Below are positions 50,925 through 62,019 of a stretch of DNA of 64,000 nt, piece by piece (the stretch's first letter is position 1; the number at the start of each line of letters is the position of its first letter). Source of the stretch: Massalongia carnosa (Eukaryota); NCBI GenBank assembly GCA_965645245.1, contig OZ287072.1, forward strand, positions 930,001-994,000, in the 5' to 3' direction. The notes below the pieces were generated by a model that was not told the DNA's origin, ran no database searches, and saw only the letters and a program-made list of their open reading frames with translations. Made by a program: the position numbers and the translations under genes.

Positions 50925-52680
50925 TCACGCTCGGGGGATTTGGTTCAGGTATTGCTGCAAGCCAAGAGCAGCTGGGTTATATTAGTCATACTTAATCCAA
51001 TAGGAGTTTATGACTTACCCAGAACGACGACTGTATATCTAGTCAGCCCACCTAGGAAACTCCCAGCGCCGAAAGTCAGAATATATGTTATGAAACTAAA
51101 TTTCACCCTTCCTTCCCGATCGAAATTTGGCTTCAGCTCACTCATCTTGCGATACTTGGCAAGCTTCCCTTCATAGGGTGGATATCTTATGTTGAGAAGG
51201 CTCTCCACCCACCCAGGAGTATTGGTGATGGACCTTCGATGCGAGAAGCAATCGAAGCTAGCTCTGCCCCTATAACTGCCCTGGCCAGAATCTCCCACGC
51301 CACCAAAAGCAAGTGTAGGAATTGAGCCATGAAGGAATGCATCATTTACGGAAGCACCGCCCGATGGTAACTCTTGCAGAATTCTATCGGTCTCCTTCTT
51401 GGTACCAAATGGGTACAATCCAAGTGGCGTTCTATGAACTTGACCAACAATGCGAATGGCCTCGTCCAAGTCGTTAACAGGAAATATGGGCATAAGAGGT
51501 CCAAAGGTTTCCTCCATGACTAGGCTGTCGTGGTAGTCGTTAACCTGTATTAGTGTTGGTGCTATAAACTTCTCACTCTCATCCATATCACCACCTATCA
51601 AAACTGTTCCATTACTCCCATCAAGCAACTGCTTCAACCTAGCCCATTGTTTATTATTTATTATACGACCATAATCCGGGGAAGCCTCGGCGCCGTATGG
51701 AAAAAATTCCTTCATCGCAATCTTCATTTCAGCAACAAACGCGGGCAGTATCTCTTTGTCAACTAATGTGTAGTTTTGCGATATACAAACTTGCCCTGCA
51801 TTCAAAGTTTTGCCCCATAAGAGTCGTCTCGCGGCCAAGCGCACGTTTGCATTCTTAGTCACAATAGCCGGATTGCGGCCTCCCAATTCCAAAGTCACAG
51901 GGGTGAGGGTCTCCGCAGCTTTCTTAGCAATTATTGTGCCTGCCGTGGCACTCCCTGTATAGAATATTTTATCCCACTTTTGATCCAGAAGAGCTGTCGT
52001 TTCGGGAATGGCCCCTTGAACAATACCATAGCAGCTTGGGTCTAGGCTTGATTCTATTATTCGATGCATCACAACCGCCACCGCGGGAGCGTTCTCACTA
52101 GGTTTCAGTATTGCGGTGTTCCCGGCTGCAATCGCGCCAATCAAAGGACCAAAGGATAGTTGCAGCGGAAAGTTATAAGCTCTTTAAGAATATCAGCTGC
52201 ACTCTCGCAATTCCTACGCTCTTAAATTCGTAAGATCTAAACATACCCGATAACAAGAACGCAACCGAGAGGATCCTTGCGAATCTTGGGGGTGAGGATT
52301 GCGTTGGTGAATGGAATATCCGGAGCTTTCTCATCTTTCACCCATTTTGGAAGATTCTTGCAGACGAAAATGATGTCGTTAGTACACCAATCGATTTCTG
52401 TTAAGGAAGCCTCAAAGCGGCTTTTGTGTAAATCTCGTTGAAATGCTTCCACTAATGCCTCTTCATGGTCCTTGATACTAGTAGGCATTTATTCGTTAGT
52501 TTTTAGAGACGAGGTGGTTTGATTCCTGCAGAGGACTTACGCCCAGTATAATTTCCGCAATTGAACGAGCCTAAACTCAAGTGGCTTCGTCTTTTGCGAT
52601 TTGAATGTTGCATGAAGGCGACGGACTATACTAGTTATGGAGTCTATGGGCGTATACGTTAGATCAGGAATGATAGCCAT
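50925..52680 (-). CDS. Class-3 (fatty/apocarotenal-type) aldehyde dehydrogenase, HFD1/CarD-like
   Basis: AYNFP, LKPSE, FYTGS, TLELGGRNP, NAGQVC, EETFGP, FGGVGDSGQG and a C-terminal hydrophobic anchor. Three introns. Confidence 0.92.
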
Positions 52681-53818
52681 TACTATACTCTGTAATCGTA
52701 TTTTGTTTGACAGAGGTCAGTGGCAGAGTGGTTATGTAAAATAATCTAGAAAGTTCGCAGGGATCGGCTTCGGGACAACGTTGCCCTAGTAGGTGGAAAG
52801 AAGGTTAACTAGTGATCTCTGGCTGTACATAGTAATCTGTGTAAGACTCTAGAGTAACCGAGTTTCAGATTCTAAATTCAGAACCATGTGAGAGATGATA
52901 GAAGAGATTGATCTATTGAAAATTAGCAATTATTTCAACCGGTGATCAGTGTCTGGACGCCATTATTCCGTGCACTAACGTGGTAACAGTCAGCGCACTG
53001 AATATCACTGGTTTGAATTTAAATAATTGAACAATCCGCTTGGGTGACTAAGTTAGCTGAATGTCTTAATGAACATTGCACTACTCTCCCATGGGAAGAC
53101 ATTATCTGGCATATTCTGGTACACGATGCTTGCGCTTTTACTCGAGAGCCCCAAGGAAACAAAACTTCCTTGATGCTTCTTAGTAGTATTTGCTCTTCAC
53201 AAATACCCCAAATCATTGTCGCTACTACCTTCCTTCAAAAGGGATAGAAATTGAGGAACATGTACCATACATTTACTGCCCCAGAGAGCCTAAGTTCTTC
53301 CCGTTTGTGCTTGAATACTAAGGTAGAGATCTCGAACGAAATCGACCTTTGATGTTGGCCAGATGAGCTCATGCATGTACCTTTTCGATGTAGAACATAA
53401 ATACCATCGCTAGATAAACTGGCAAGGTAGTAGGATATTGATAGTTCCTCAAGCAAAATACTCAAATATGAACATAGAAAACAGGGTTCCGACTAAGTAT
53501 TATTCGGAAATAACCCACACGATACAGAGAATGTAACTTCTTGAAGGTGAAGCACAGCGGAAATCCTGTTCACCGATCGAAGGCTCTTGCTTTTTCTTCT
53601 TTTCTATTTGGAAAAAATAAAGTGTACAAAATAAGATTCAAAAGTAAGCTACAGCGAGAGCAGTCTTCTTGCCTGCTGATAATATTTCATGCAATAAAAT
53701 CAGGATTATATCTCGAAAAATAAACTTCCAGGAGCGATGTTTCTAACCATTATGCTTAGGACCGTGAAGCAACATTCCTAGGTGTTGAGGCAATTTATAT
53801 TCGACTCTAATGAGCAGT

Positions 53819-55145
53819 CACGCGGGTGACAAAATAAATTGCAACGTGTAAGCGAATTTACCCCTGAATGCCCCATCAAAACACCCTCCTTTTTTTCAAC
53901 TTTTTATCTCATCATCAATGTCTCGACCCAAAAAGCCTCATTATGATACTCCCACAAAGGCCAAAGTTCAAGGAGCTTATCAATTTCTCATCTCACATGC
54001 AATTCCATTCGATCCACGGGCCATTTTTCAGGAATTTGGCGTGGCCGAGCGCGCGGGCTATAACATCATCAAAAGCGGAGCTTCTTCTCGCACACGTCAC
54101 AATTCTTCTCTCGTTGAGACTCGGGGTCGAAAGCGAAAGATTAGTGATGATCAGCTGAAGGAGGCAGATCACATTCTGCAGGATCAAGATCTACAATTGG
54201 AAGGAAAACGCTACATATGGGATGCTTTAGCACAGGAGATTGGGGCCGACGTGATGGGACGTACAATGAAGAGAAATCTTACAGCTGCCTTGAATTATCA
54301 CAAATTTCTAGCCTGTGTCAAAGGGTGGCTGGCAATGGCATCAGAAGAAAGAAGAGAAGAATTTGCTACAGTTATGTTAAATAAATATCCTCGGTCCGAA
54401 GACTGGCATCGCATACGATTCAGCGATGAGATTCATTTTGGCTACCGGCCTGAAGGACAGTTACGAATCATTCGTAAGCCCGGAACAAGATATCGTTGGG
54501 ATTGTATTCAGCATCGTGATGCACCACCTGAGAAAGATCGTAAAAGAAAGCACTGCTGGGCAGCAGTTGGTTACAATTTCAAGTCGGATATCTACTTCTA
54601 CGATGTGCCCAGCAATAGCAATGGAAAAATGACTCATCAGGTGTATATTGACGCTATTCTTGATCCCGTCGTCAAGCCCTGGTTGGAGCGTGGAGATGAC
54701 TTCGTACTTGAAGAAGATGGAGACTCTGGTCATGGCACGGGCAAGAGACGAAACGCGGTCAAAAAGTGGAAGTTAGATCACGATTTAGAGCACTATTTCA
54801 ATTGTTCTTCATCTCCTGATCTAGCTCCCATTGAAAATTGCTGGCAGCCCGCAAAGCAGCATGTTCGTAAATTTCCTCATTGGGACGATGCAAGTTTGGA
54901 GCAGCTGATTAGGGAGGGATGGGCTCGAGTCAGTCAGGAATTTATCAATGAAAGGGTGTTATCCATGCCCAAAAGATTGAAAGAGGTGAAAGATGCAAAG
55001 GGGGCGATGACTGGTTATTGATCTCATGTAATTTAGATGAATCTTATCAGCTATGCAGATGATGGTTGATGATGAGATGAAAATTTGAATAAAAAAGGGG
55101 GGGTAAATTCGCTTACACGTTGCAATTTATTTTGTCACCCGCGTG
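53819..55145 (+). mobile_element. Intact Tc1/IS630-superfamily DNA transposon, 1327 bp, 46-bp perfect TIRs, 5-bp flanking direct repeat
   Basis: TIR CACGCGGGTGACAAAATAAATTGCAACGTGTAAGCGAATTTACCCC at 53819-53864 and its exact reverse complement at 55100-55145. GCAGT at 53814-53818 and 55146-55150. Confidence 0.95.
53918..55021 (+). CDS. DDE transposase, Tc1-like (DD38E)
   Basis: Uninterrupted 367 aa with RGRKRKI linker, WHRIRFSDE, LEEDGDSGHG, SPDLAPIENCW and SMPKRL. 38 residues lie between the second D and the E. Confidence 0.93.
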   Translation: MSRPKKPHYDTPTKAKVQGAYQFLISHAIPFDPRAIFQEFGVAERAGYNIIKSGASSRTRHNSSLVETRGRKRKISDDQLKEADHILQDQDLQLEGKRYIWDALAQEIGADVMGRTMKRNLTAALNYHKFLACVKGWLAMASEERREEFATVMLNKYPRSEDWHRIRFSDEIHFGYRPEGQLRIIRKPGTRYRWDCIQHRDAPPEKDRKRKHCWAAVGYNFKSDIYFYDVPSNSNGKMTHQVYIDAILDPVVKPWLERGDDFVLEEDGDSGHGTGKRRNAVKKWKLDHDLEHYFNCSSSPDLAPIENCWQPAKQHVRKFPHWDDASLEQLIREGWARVSQEFINERVLSMPKRLKEVKDAKGAMTGY

Positions 55146-55325
55146 GCAGTGTAGGTTGCGGGTTTATGATATTCCGAAGCGGGGTTGAGAAAGGTGAAGA
55201 TGAGATCACATACCTAAGAAGGATCAATCCACCCTGCTAACTCTAAGGGATTTTCATTATCTTTGTTCTGTGACTCCTCGTTCTTTGCTGATGATTCTGA
55301 GTGTAACACTGTAAAAAGGTCAAGA

Positions 55326-56146
55326 ATGGCCTGGAGGTCGTCGGGGTATAGCAATGCAGCTCTTATTGCTAATCTGGCTAGCAATGGGCTCATCAATTCC
55401 GATAGAGTCAAACATGCCATGCTCAATGTATGGGCTCCTGCTCCCCACAACTTCGACTTCAGTGCTTGATCTAAGGCAATTCCTTCTTAACATGTTCTAA
55501 AACAGGTAGATCGCGGACACTACGCTCCTGTAGCTCCGTACGAAGACTCTCCACAGATGATTGGATTTCATGCTAGGATTTCTGCACCGCATATGCATGC
55601 CTCAGCAGCGGAGTCGCTTCTTCAGTTTCTCTATCCTGGTGCTCAAGTTCTGGATGTTGGCTCAGGCTCGGGCTATCTTACACACGTTCTAGCTAATTTA
55701 GTGGGCGCTGATGGAAGGGTTACTGGCGTGGATCATATACAAGGACTGGTGGATTTGTCCATCAGCAATATGAGGAAAAGCGCGGAAGGAAAAGAAATGC
55801 TAAGAAGTGGGCAGGTAGCTTTCGTCAAAGCGGATGGTAGGAAAGGATGGAAGAATGATGCACCATATGATGCTATTCATGTTGGTGCCGCGGCAGTGGA
55901 GACCCATGCTCCATTAATTGAACAGCTGAAAGCCCCAGGCAGGTAAGTAGAGACCCATGAAGAATAGACAATCAATGCACTCAACTACAGGAGCTAATCC
56001 TGATGCATTGTAGAATGTTTATACCTGTGGGAGATGCGTATGAACAGTACATTTGGGTCATAGATAAGAAAGAAGATGGAAGTATTGAGAGAAAGAAATC
56101 ATTTGGAGTCCGATATGTACCGTTGACGGACGCGCCGGAGCACTGA
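55326..56146 (+). CDS. PCMT: Protein-L-isoaspartate O-methyltransferase
   Basis: [75 protein letters not shown]. Two introns. Confidence 0.95.
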
Positions 56147-56417
56147 GGTTCAGGCTCAAAGGATGGGCTTAAAATTTCCAGTTTGTATGAAATTTTAGTC
56201 AATAAAGCACAAATATTCTGCGGATTTCTCAATAAATGTAAATTGGAATCTGGAGCTTTGGATGATAAGAAAATATATGCGTTCCCCCTAATGCGCCATC
56301 TAATGCGCTAAGGAAAATTGCCTAACTTAGTGCCAGATTCGGGAAGTTTTTAGTTAAGGAATTTTAACGTGAAAACCTAGAAACCAAACAAATAATTTTG
56401 TTCTCTCAACTATTGTC

Positions 56418-57621
56418 ATGCTATCTCTTCGTAGTTTCACCCGCGCGATCCCTCGCTCCTTTTCCAGCGTCTCGGCGCAATGCTCGCGGCGGACGTTCAG
56501 CACGGTTCGCCGTTCAGCTCCATTCCAACAATCGCTTAGATTAGCATCGAGACCGAGATATTCTGCTTTCTCTACCTCAAGAATAGCATGGGCTAAGGAA
56601 GGGCAAGGTATTTGATATCTCTAATCAACTCAGACAGTAGATACTAAATCAATTATTTAGTTGATCAGGAGCTTGCAGCGAAGATTCAATCAGAGTTAGA
56701 ACTGGAGAAGGACATGAGAGATTCAGATCAGTATCCAGCTAGCATTCAGGACTACCTTGATAAAAGTCCGTTCGACGTAAGTATTTGAATCATGCGGCAA
56801 GGTCAGAATGCTAAGTTTCATACAGCTGGCAGATACTCCAGGTCATGAAGAGGTCGTGCTAACCCGCCAATTTGGAGAGGAACGGTCGGTCTTCTACTCT
56901 TGTATAGATGCTATGATACTTACTTGGATTTTGGTGTGTAGGATTCGCATAACCTTTTCCATAGCCGATCTTAATGCCATGGACCAGGATCCCGACCAAT
57001 ACGGCGAGGATAAAGCCCAATTTGACGAAGACGAGGGCGATCTCACCGATGCGCAATCTGGAGGGGCGCAGTCTAAAGGTACTATTAACCAAGGCCGAAG
57101 CAAGGACGGGAACTTCAAGGTCACAACCGAGGACCGTGTGGCCCCAGCAGATCGACCGGAGCTGATGGACGACGAGTCTGCGAATGAGGAGGACGCAGAC
57201 CAACAGCCTAGCTTTCCCGCTCGACTTAATGTTACAATTGAGAAACCTGGCAAAGGAGCAGTGCACATCGAAACGACGGCCCAAGATGGAGAAATCCTGA
57301 TTGAGAATGTTTACTACTATTCAAAGCCAGAGCTCGCCGATGCTCCCACTGCAGAGTTGGATTGGTCGAAAAGAAATATCTACTCCGGCCCTCCATTTGG
57401 GAATTTAGACCAAGACTTGCAGCTATTACTTGAAAGGTATCTGGACGAAAGGGGGATCGACACCGCTTTGGCTCTCTGGATTCCTGATTATATCGACTTC
57501 AAAGAACAGAGAGAGTATCTCAACTGGCTGTCAAGTAAGTGAAGAATGGCTGTCAGACCTGAAAAATATATATTCGGAACTGACTATCATGACAGATATG
57601 AAATCCTTTGTCGATGCTTGA
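56418..57621 (+). CDS. MAM33: Mitochondrial acidic matrix protein (C1QBP/p32 family)
   Basis: Mitochondrial presequence; acidic core; YSGPPFGNLDQDLQ, YLDERGID, KEQREYLNWL. Four introns. Confidence 0.9.
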
Positions 57622-58191
57622 CGCAATTTCATATTACGTTGTGAACCCTCAGCTATAGCGATGGCAGGAAGACCGCACGCCTTTTGGCTAAGGTACCCAT
57701 AATTGCCCGCATATCCTGACAAGCACCATAACCTCTATCTATTTCCGCTCTAAGCGTCTTTGTTAAAGCAACTTTGCCCTCTATTGGAGATTCAACAACT
57801 TGTAATTAGTATAGTTATTCCAGTACTTGTAGCAGTACCTAGTGCATGGACTTCCAGATCCCCGCCCAACCATATTCATAGATTCCTGCTGATCGATTGG
57901 TAAACTGAATGAAAAGGGGCAACTTTCTCCTTCGCGTATTGAGACCTTGTTCTTGCACGGAGGATCATGTGACGTGATGAGATGCAAACATAAATAAATG
58001 TACTCCGTAGAACAAAGCAACTGATAAACCTTTTTGGGTGTAGTGCTCTAAAACTCTCTAGTTAATCTTATGAATTATCAATGTGCTATATCCTACCGTC
58101 ATTACTCGTTGCTTCCTAAGGTTGTGTTTCCTTCATCGCAATGATCACGACAGTTGGGAAATCGAGTTAGGTAGCTCCTTGAAGGAGCAGT

Positions 58192-61100
58192 ATGTTCAAC
58201 TTTACCCCTTTGCTCGGCGCGCAATCCAGTACGCCAGCGTCGCAGTCACTCCTGGAACTAGATGGAGGTGTCAAAATATTGATAGATGTGGGTTGGGATG
58301 AAGCTTTTGATGTAGCAAAGCTGGATATCTTGGAGAGGTAGGTAAATAGCAAAGACTGTCATATGCTTTATCCATATCTCCTTAGAGTGCCTTGTTGGCA
58401 ATAGACGTGATGAGCGCATCTCTATGATAATCACATGCAATTCGAAAACCAAGCCGCTGCGCGATTTTCTTCACTACTTGTTTACTGATCATTATGAACC
58501 GTTTTAGACATGTCTCAAGCCTCTCCATCATCCTCCTCACCCACGCAACTCCGTCGCATTTGGCAGCTTTCGCTCATTGCTGCAAGCATTTCCCTCTGTT
58601 TACAAAGATCCCCATCTACGCTACGACGCCCGTCATCTCCCTGGGTCGAACGCTGTTGCAGGATATCTACTCTTCGACACCGCTTGCTTCGACAATAATA
58701 CCATCTGGTTCTCTGGCGCAAGCCTCATACTCTTACCGGTCTACAAGCTCGGACAATTTACCGGAAGTTTTACTTCAACCCCCAAGCTCCGAAGAAATTG
58801 CGTCGTATTTCTCGTTGATACATCCCTTGAAATACTCTCAACCTCACCAACCGCTATCATCCCCATTCTCTCCTCCTTTGAACGGCCTGACTATCACAGC
58901 ATACAATGCGGGGCATACGCTTGGGGGGACAATATGGCATCTTCAGCATGGTATGGAATCTATCGTTTATGCCGTGGATTGGAATCATTCTCGAGAGAAT
59001 GTGTTCAGCGGAGCCGCCTGGCTAGACGGGTCTGGAGGGGGCGGAGCCGAGGTCATCGAGCAATTACGCAAGCCGACCGCCCTGGTATGTAGTGCGAAGG
59101 GGGCGGAGAGGACTCCGTTGGTAGGCGGAAGAAAAAGGCGAGATGATCTGCTTCTGGAGATGATTCGTGCCACCGTTGAGAGGGGAGGAACCGTTTTAAT
59201 TCCAACGGATACCAGCGCACGAGTACTCGAACTAGCCTACGTTCTCGAGCATGCGTGGCGAAAAGCATTCACGGACCGCAACAACGACAACCCTTTAAAG
59301 TCCACAAAACTCTATTTGGCCAGCAAAAATGTTGGTGCAACGATGAGATATGCGCGGAGTATGCTCGAATGGATGGACGAGAACGTTATCAGGGAATTCG
59401 AGGCCGAGTCAACAAACGCTGCGAACAAGTCGCAAAGACGTATAGACAGCAAGCAAAATCTTGGTCGGGATGCTGACACTGCTAGTAAAAATGCGGGTCC
59501 CTTCGATTTTCAATATCTAAGGCTTCTTGAACGCCGAAACCAGATAGAAAAGATTACGTCAACTAAAGCGGCGCGAGTCATTCTTGCAAGTGATACATCT
59601 TTAGAATGGGGATTTTCTAAAGATATTCTTCGGCGCATCGCAGCGGATCCCTCGAATCTGATTATCCTTACCGAAGACTATGGGCTCGGAAGAAGGGTGG
59701 ACGGGGTGGAAGGGGGGCTTGGCACCACGATCTGGAATTGGTATCAAGAGAGACGGGACGGTGTTGCGATGGAGACCGGGTCAGACGGGCTAAACCTTGA
59801 ACAGGTATACACAGGTGGAAGGGAAATGTATTTTAGAGATGCGGAGCGCGTTCCTTTGGAGGGCAAGGAGTTGCTGGTATATCAACAGTATCTTGCTACC
59901 CAAAGGCAATTACATAATACTCTGCAGATGCCAGATGCCGCCGGCCTAGAAACCTCGGGCGATGCTCTCGATGATACCTCCTCTACAAGCTCCTCATCGG
60001 ACGAATCTGATTCCGAAAAGCAAGGGAAAGCCCTAAACACCTCTGCTACAGCAGCACATTACAATCGCAACAAATCAGGTGGCAAGGAAGCTCCCGGTGT
60101 CAACGTTTTACTTGACAAGCCCGGGCTTTATGACTGGGATGTACGAGGCAAGAAAGGCCGAGAGCAAATGTTTCCATTCGTGAGCAAACGGCGGCGTCTT
60201 GATGACTACGGTGAGCTCATCAGGCCGGAGGATTATTTGAGAGCCGAAGAACGGGATGTGACAGATGGTCAGGACGCAAAGGATGAAGGGCCCGGACGAC
60301 AAACAAGACTTGGTCAGAAGCGGAAATGGGAGGACTCTGGGCTGCAATCCAACCTGGCTAGGCGAGGCCTTGATGGTGCAAACAAACGCAGGCAACAAGA
60401 ACCCAGTTCAAACCATAATCGCGTGGCAAATGGGACAAATGGGGATCCAGGAGTCAACGGGCACAACGGCATCGAGGAAGATGAGTTCTCCGACGATAAC
60501 GAACCTGAAGCTGACGATTCCACTCTCGTTCCCTCAAAGGTCGTCTTTAAGATAACCTCCATTCAAACATATCTTAAGATCGCATACGTGGACTGTGCAG
60601 GTGTCCATGATCAGCGAAGCCTTTCAATGTTAATCCCTCTAATCCAACCCAAAAAGCTTATATTAACTGGCGGCACCATTTCGGAAACCACATTCCTGGC
60701 CAACGATTTTCTTCATAAACTCAAACCTCGACCTAACAATAGCAACGAGAAATCATCAAACGACGTCTTCACCCCTCTAAACGGGCAAACGGTCGATGCG
60801 AGCGTAGATACAAATGCCTGGACCGTAAAGCTAAGCGAAGCGCTTTTGCGACGTTTCCACTGGCAGAACGTCAGAGGGCTTGGCATCGTCACGCTGATGG
60901 GCCACCTTGCGTCTGGTAGCGTAGACGAACACGCTCGAGCCGAAGCGTGCCGGAAAAAGCGCCAAAGGTTGCTGAAACGGGACTCGGAGGAAGCTGAGCT
61001 TGACAATAACAATGATGTTCAAACCTCGTCCGAGAAAAAATCTCGAGCTACGCCGATCCTAGATGTGATTCCACCAAACTTAGCGGCTGCCACTCGCTCC

Positions 61101-61367
61101 GTAGCTCAACCGCTGCACATCGGCGACCTCCGCCTCGCAGACCTGCGCCGCGTCCTGCAGGGGGCGGGCCATACGGCCGAATTTCGGGGTGAGGGCACCC
61201 TGCTCATTGACGAGTTGGTTGCAGTACGCAAATCCGGCACCGGCAGGGTGGAAGTTGAAGGTGGCGCGCTGGATCTGCCAGACCTGCGCGCACGAAATAT
61301 GGAGGGATCTTTCTATGCCGTGAAAAGGAGGATCTATGAAGGTCTTGCGCTAATCGCCGGGGGGTAA
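58192..61367 (+). CDS. CFT2: Cleavage and polyadenylation factor subunit CPSF100
   Basis: FTPLLGAQ, ILIDVGWDE, LLTHAT, IPIYATTPV..LGR, AGHTLGGTIW, YAVDWN, RVLELAY, HIGDLRL, AEFRGEGTL. Intron at about 58338-58508. Confidence 0.95.
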
Positions 61368-61938
61368 ACAGATCCCCTTTTTTTTCGTGGAAGGGAGGGG
61401 GTTTGGTAGCTTTTCTTGTTTTCGATAGTATGTGTATTCTTCGGCCATTTGGGGACGGGGAGGTTGCGGATGGTGCTTGAAGGCTCGTTCTATGCTGTTT
61501 GGTCCTGCTGGGGGTGAAGAACTGGTATGATAGGGGTTGGGAATACTGGGCTAGGAGACTTTTTTGTACGATGAGGGGGAGAAATCTAGAAGTGGTTTTA
61601 TTTCAATTAAATGCATTTTTCTTGTTGAACACAACTATACACATAAATGCTAGAGGCAACATTTGACCCTCTAATCCACTATTCGTAAAGATGAACTTAA
61701 ATGAAGAAGCTTTATTTTGTTAGGTCATATTGATCTTAAGTATTTATTTCACTTTCGACATGACCTGAGATTCCTTGAAGAAGTCCAACTAATGAATAAC
61801 GTAGTAGTACCATTTTGAGCCAAATCTTCTTAAAATCTTCTCCACCAAAAAAAACCCTTTCTTATTTCTCCTAGCACTGTCAATTTAAAAAATTGGGATA
61901 AATAAAAAATATTAATGGATAACGAAAAAAAAAATCTT

Positions 61939-62019
61939 TGGCGCCACCCGGAGTCGAACCGGGATCGGAACGGCGTTGTGAATCCACAACGTTACGTGCT
62001 ACCCTTACACCATAGCACC
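61939..62019 (-). tRNA. tRNA-His(GTG) with 10-nt intron (61974-61983)
   Basis: Reverse complement GGTGCTATGGTGTAAGGGTAGCACGTAACGTTGTGG[ATTCACAACG]CCGTTCCGATCCCGGTTCGACTCCGGGTGGCGCCA. The intron is complementary to the anticodon arm; an oligo-T Pol III terminator follows just downstream. Confidence 0.92.

Noticed and set aside
50910..50927. Stop-codon read-through giving a cryptic PTS1 on the ALDH
   Set aside because: Context is TGA-AGC rather than TGA-CTA, and the extension (SSN*) is not a PTS1.
53019..53723. Short ORFs between ALDH and the transposon
   Set aside because: No recognisable motifs or consistent exon chain; cannot be supported as a gene.
53815..53830. Reading the left end as a canonical Tc1 CAGT terminus with a TA target
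   Set aside because: The right end has no matching ACTG and neither junction has TA; inverted symmetry stops exactly at CACG/CGTG.
5524..61367. Numerous 60-180 aa antisense or alternative-frame ORFs in the ORF track
   Set aside because: They overlap well-supported genes and look like shadow ORFs.
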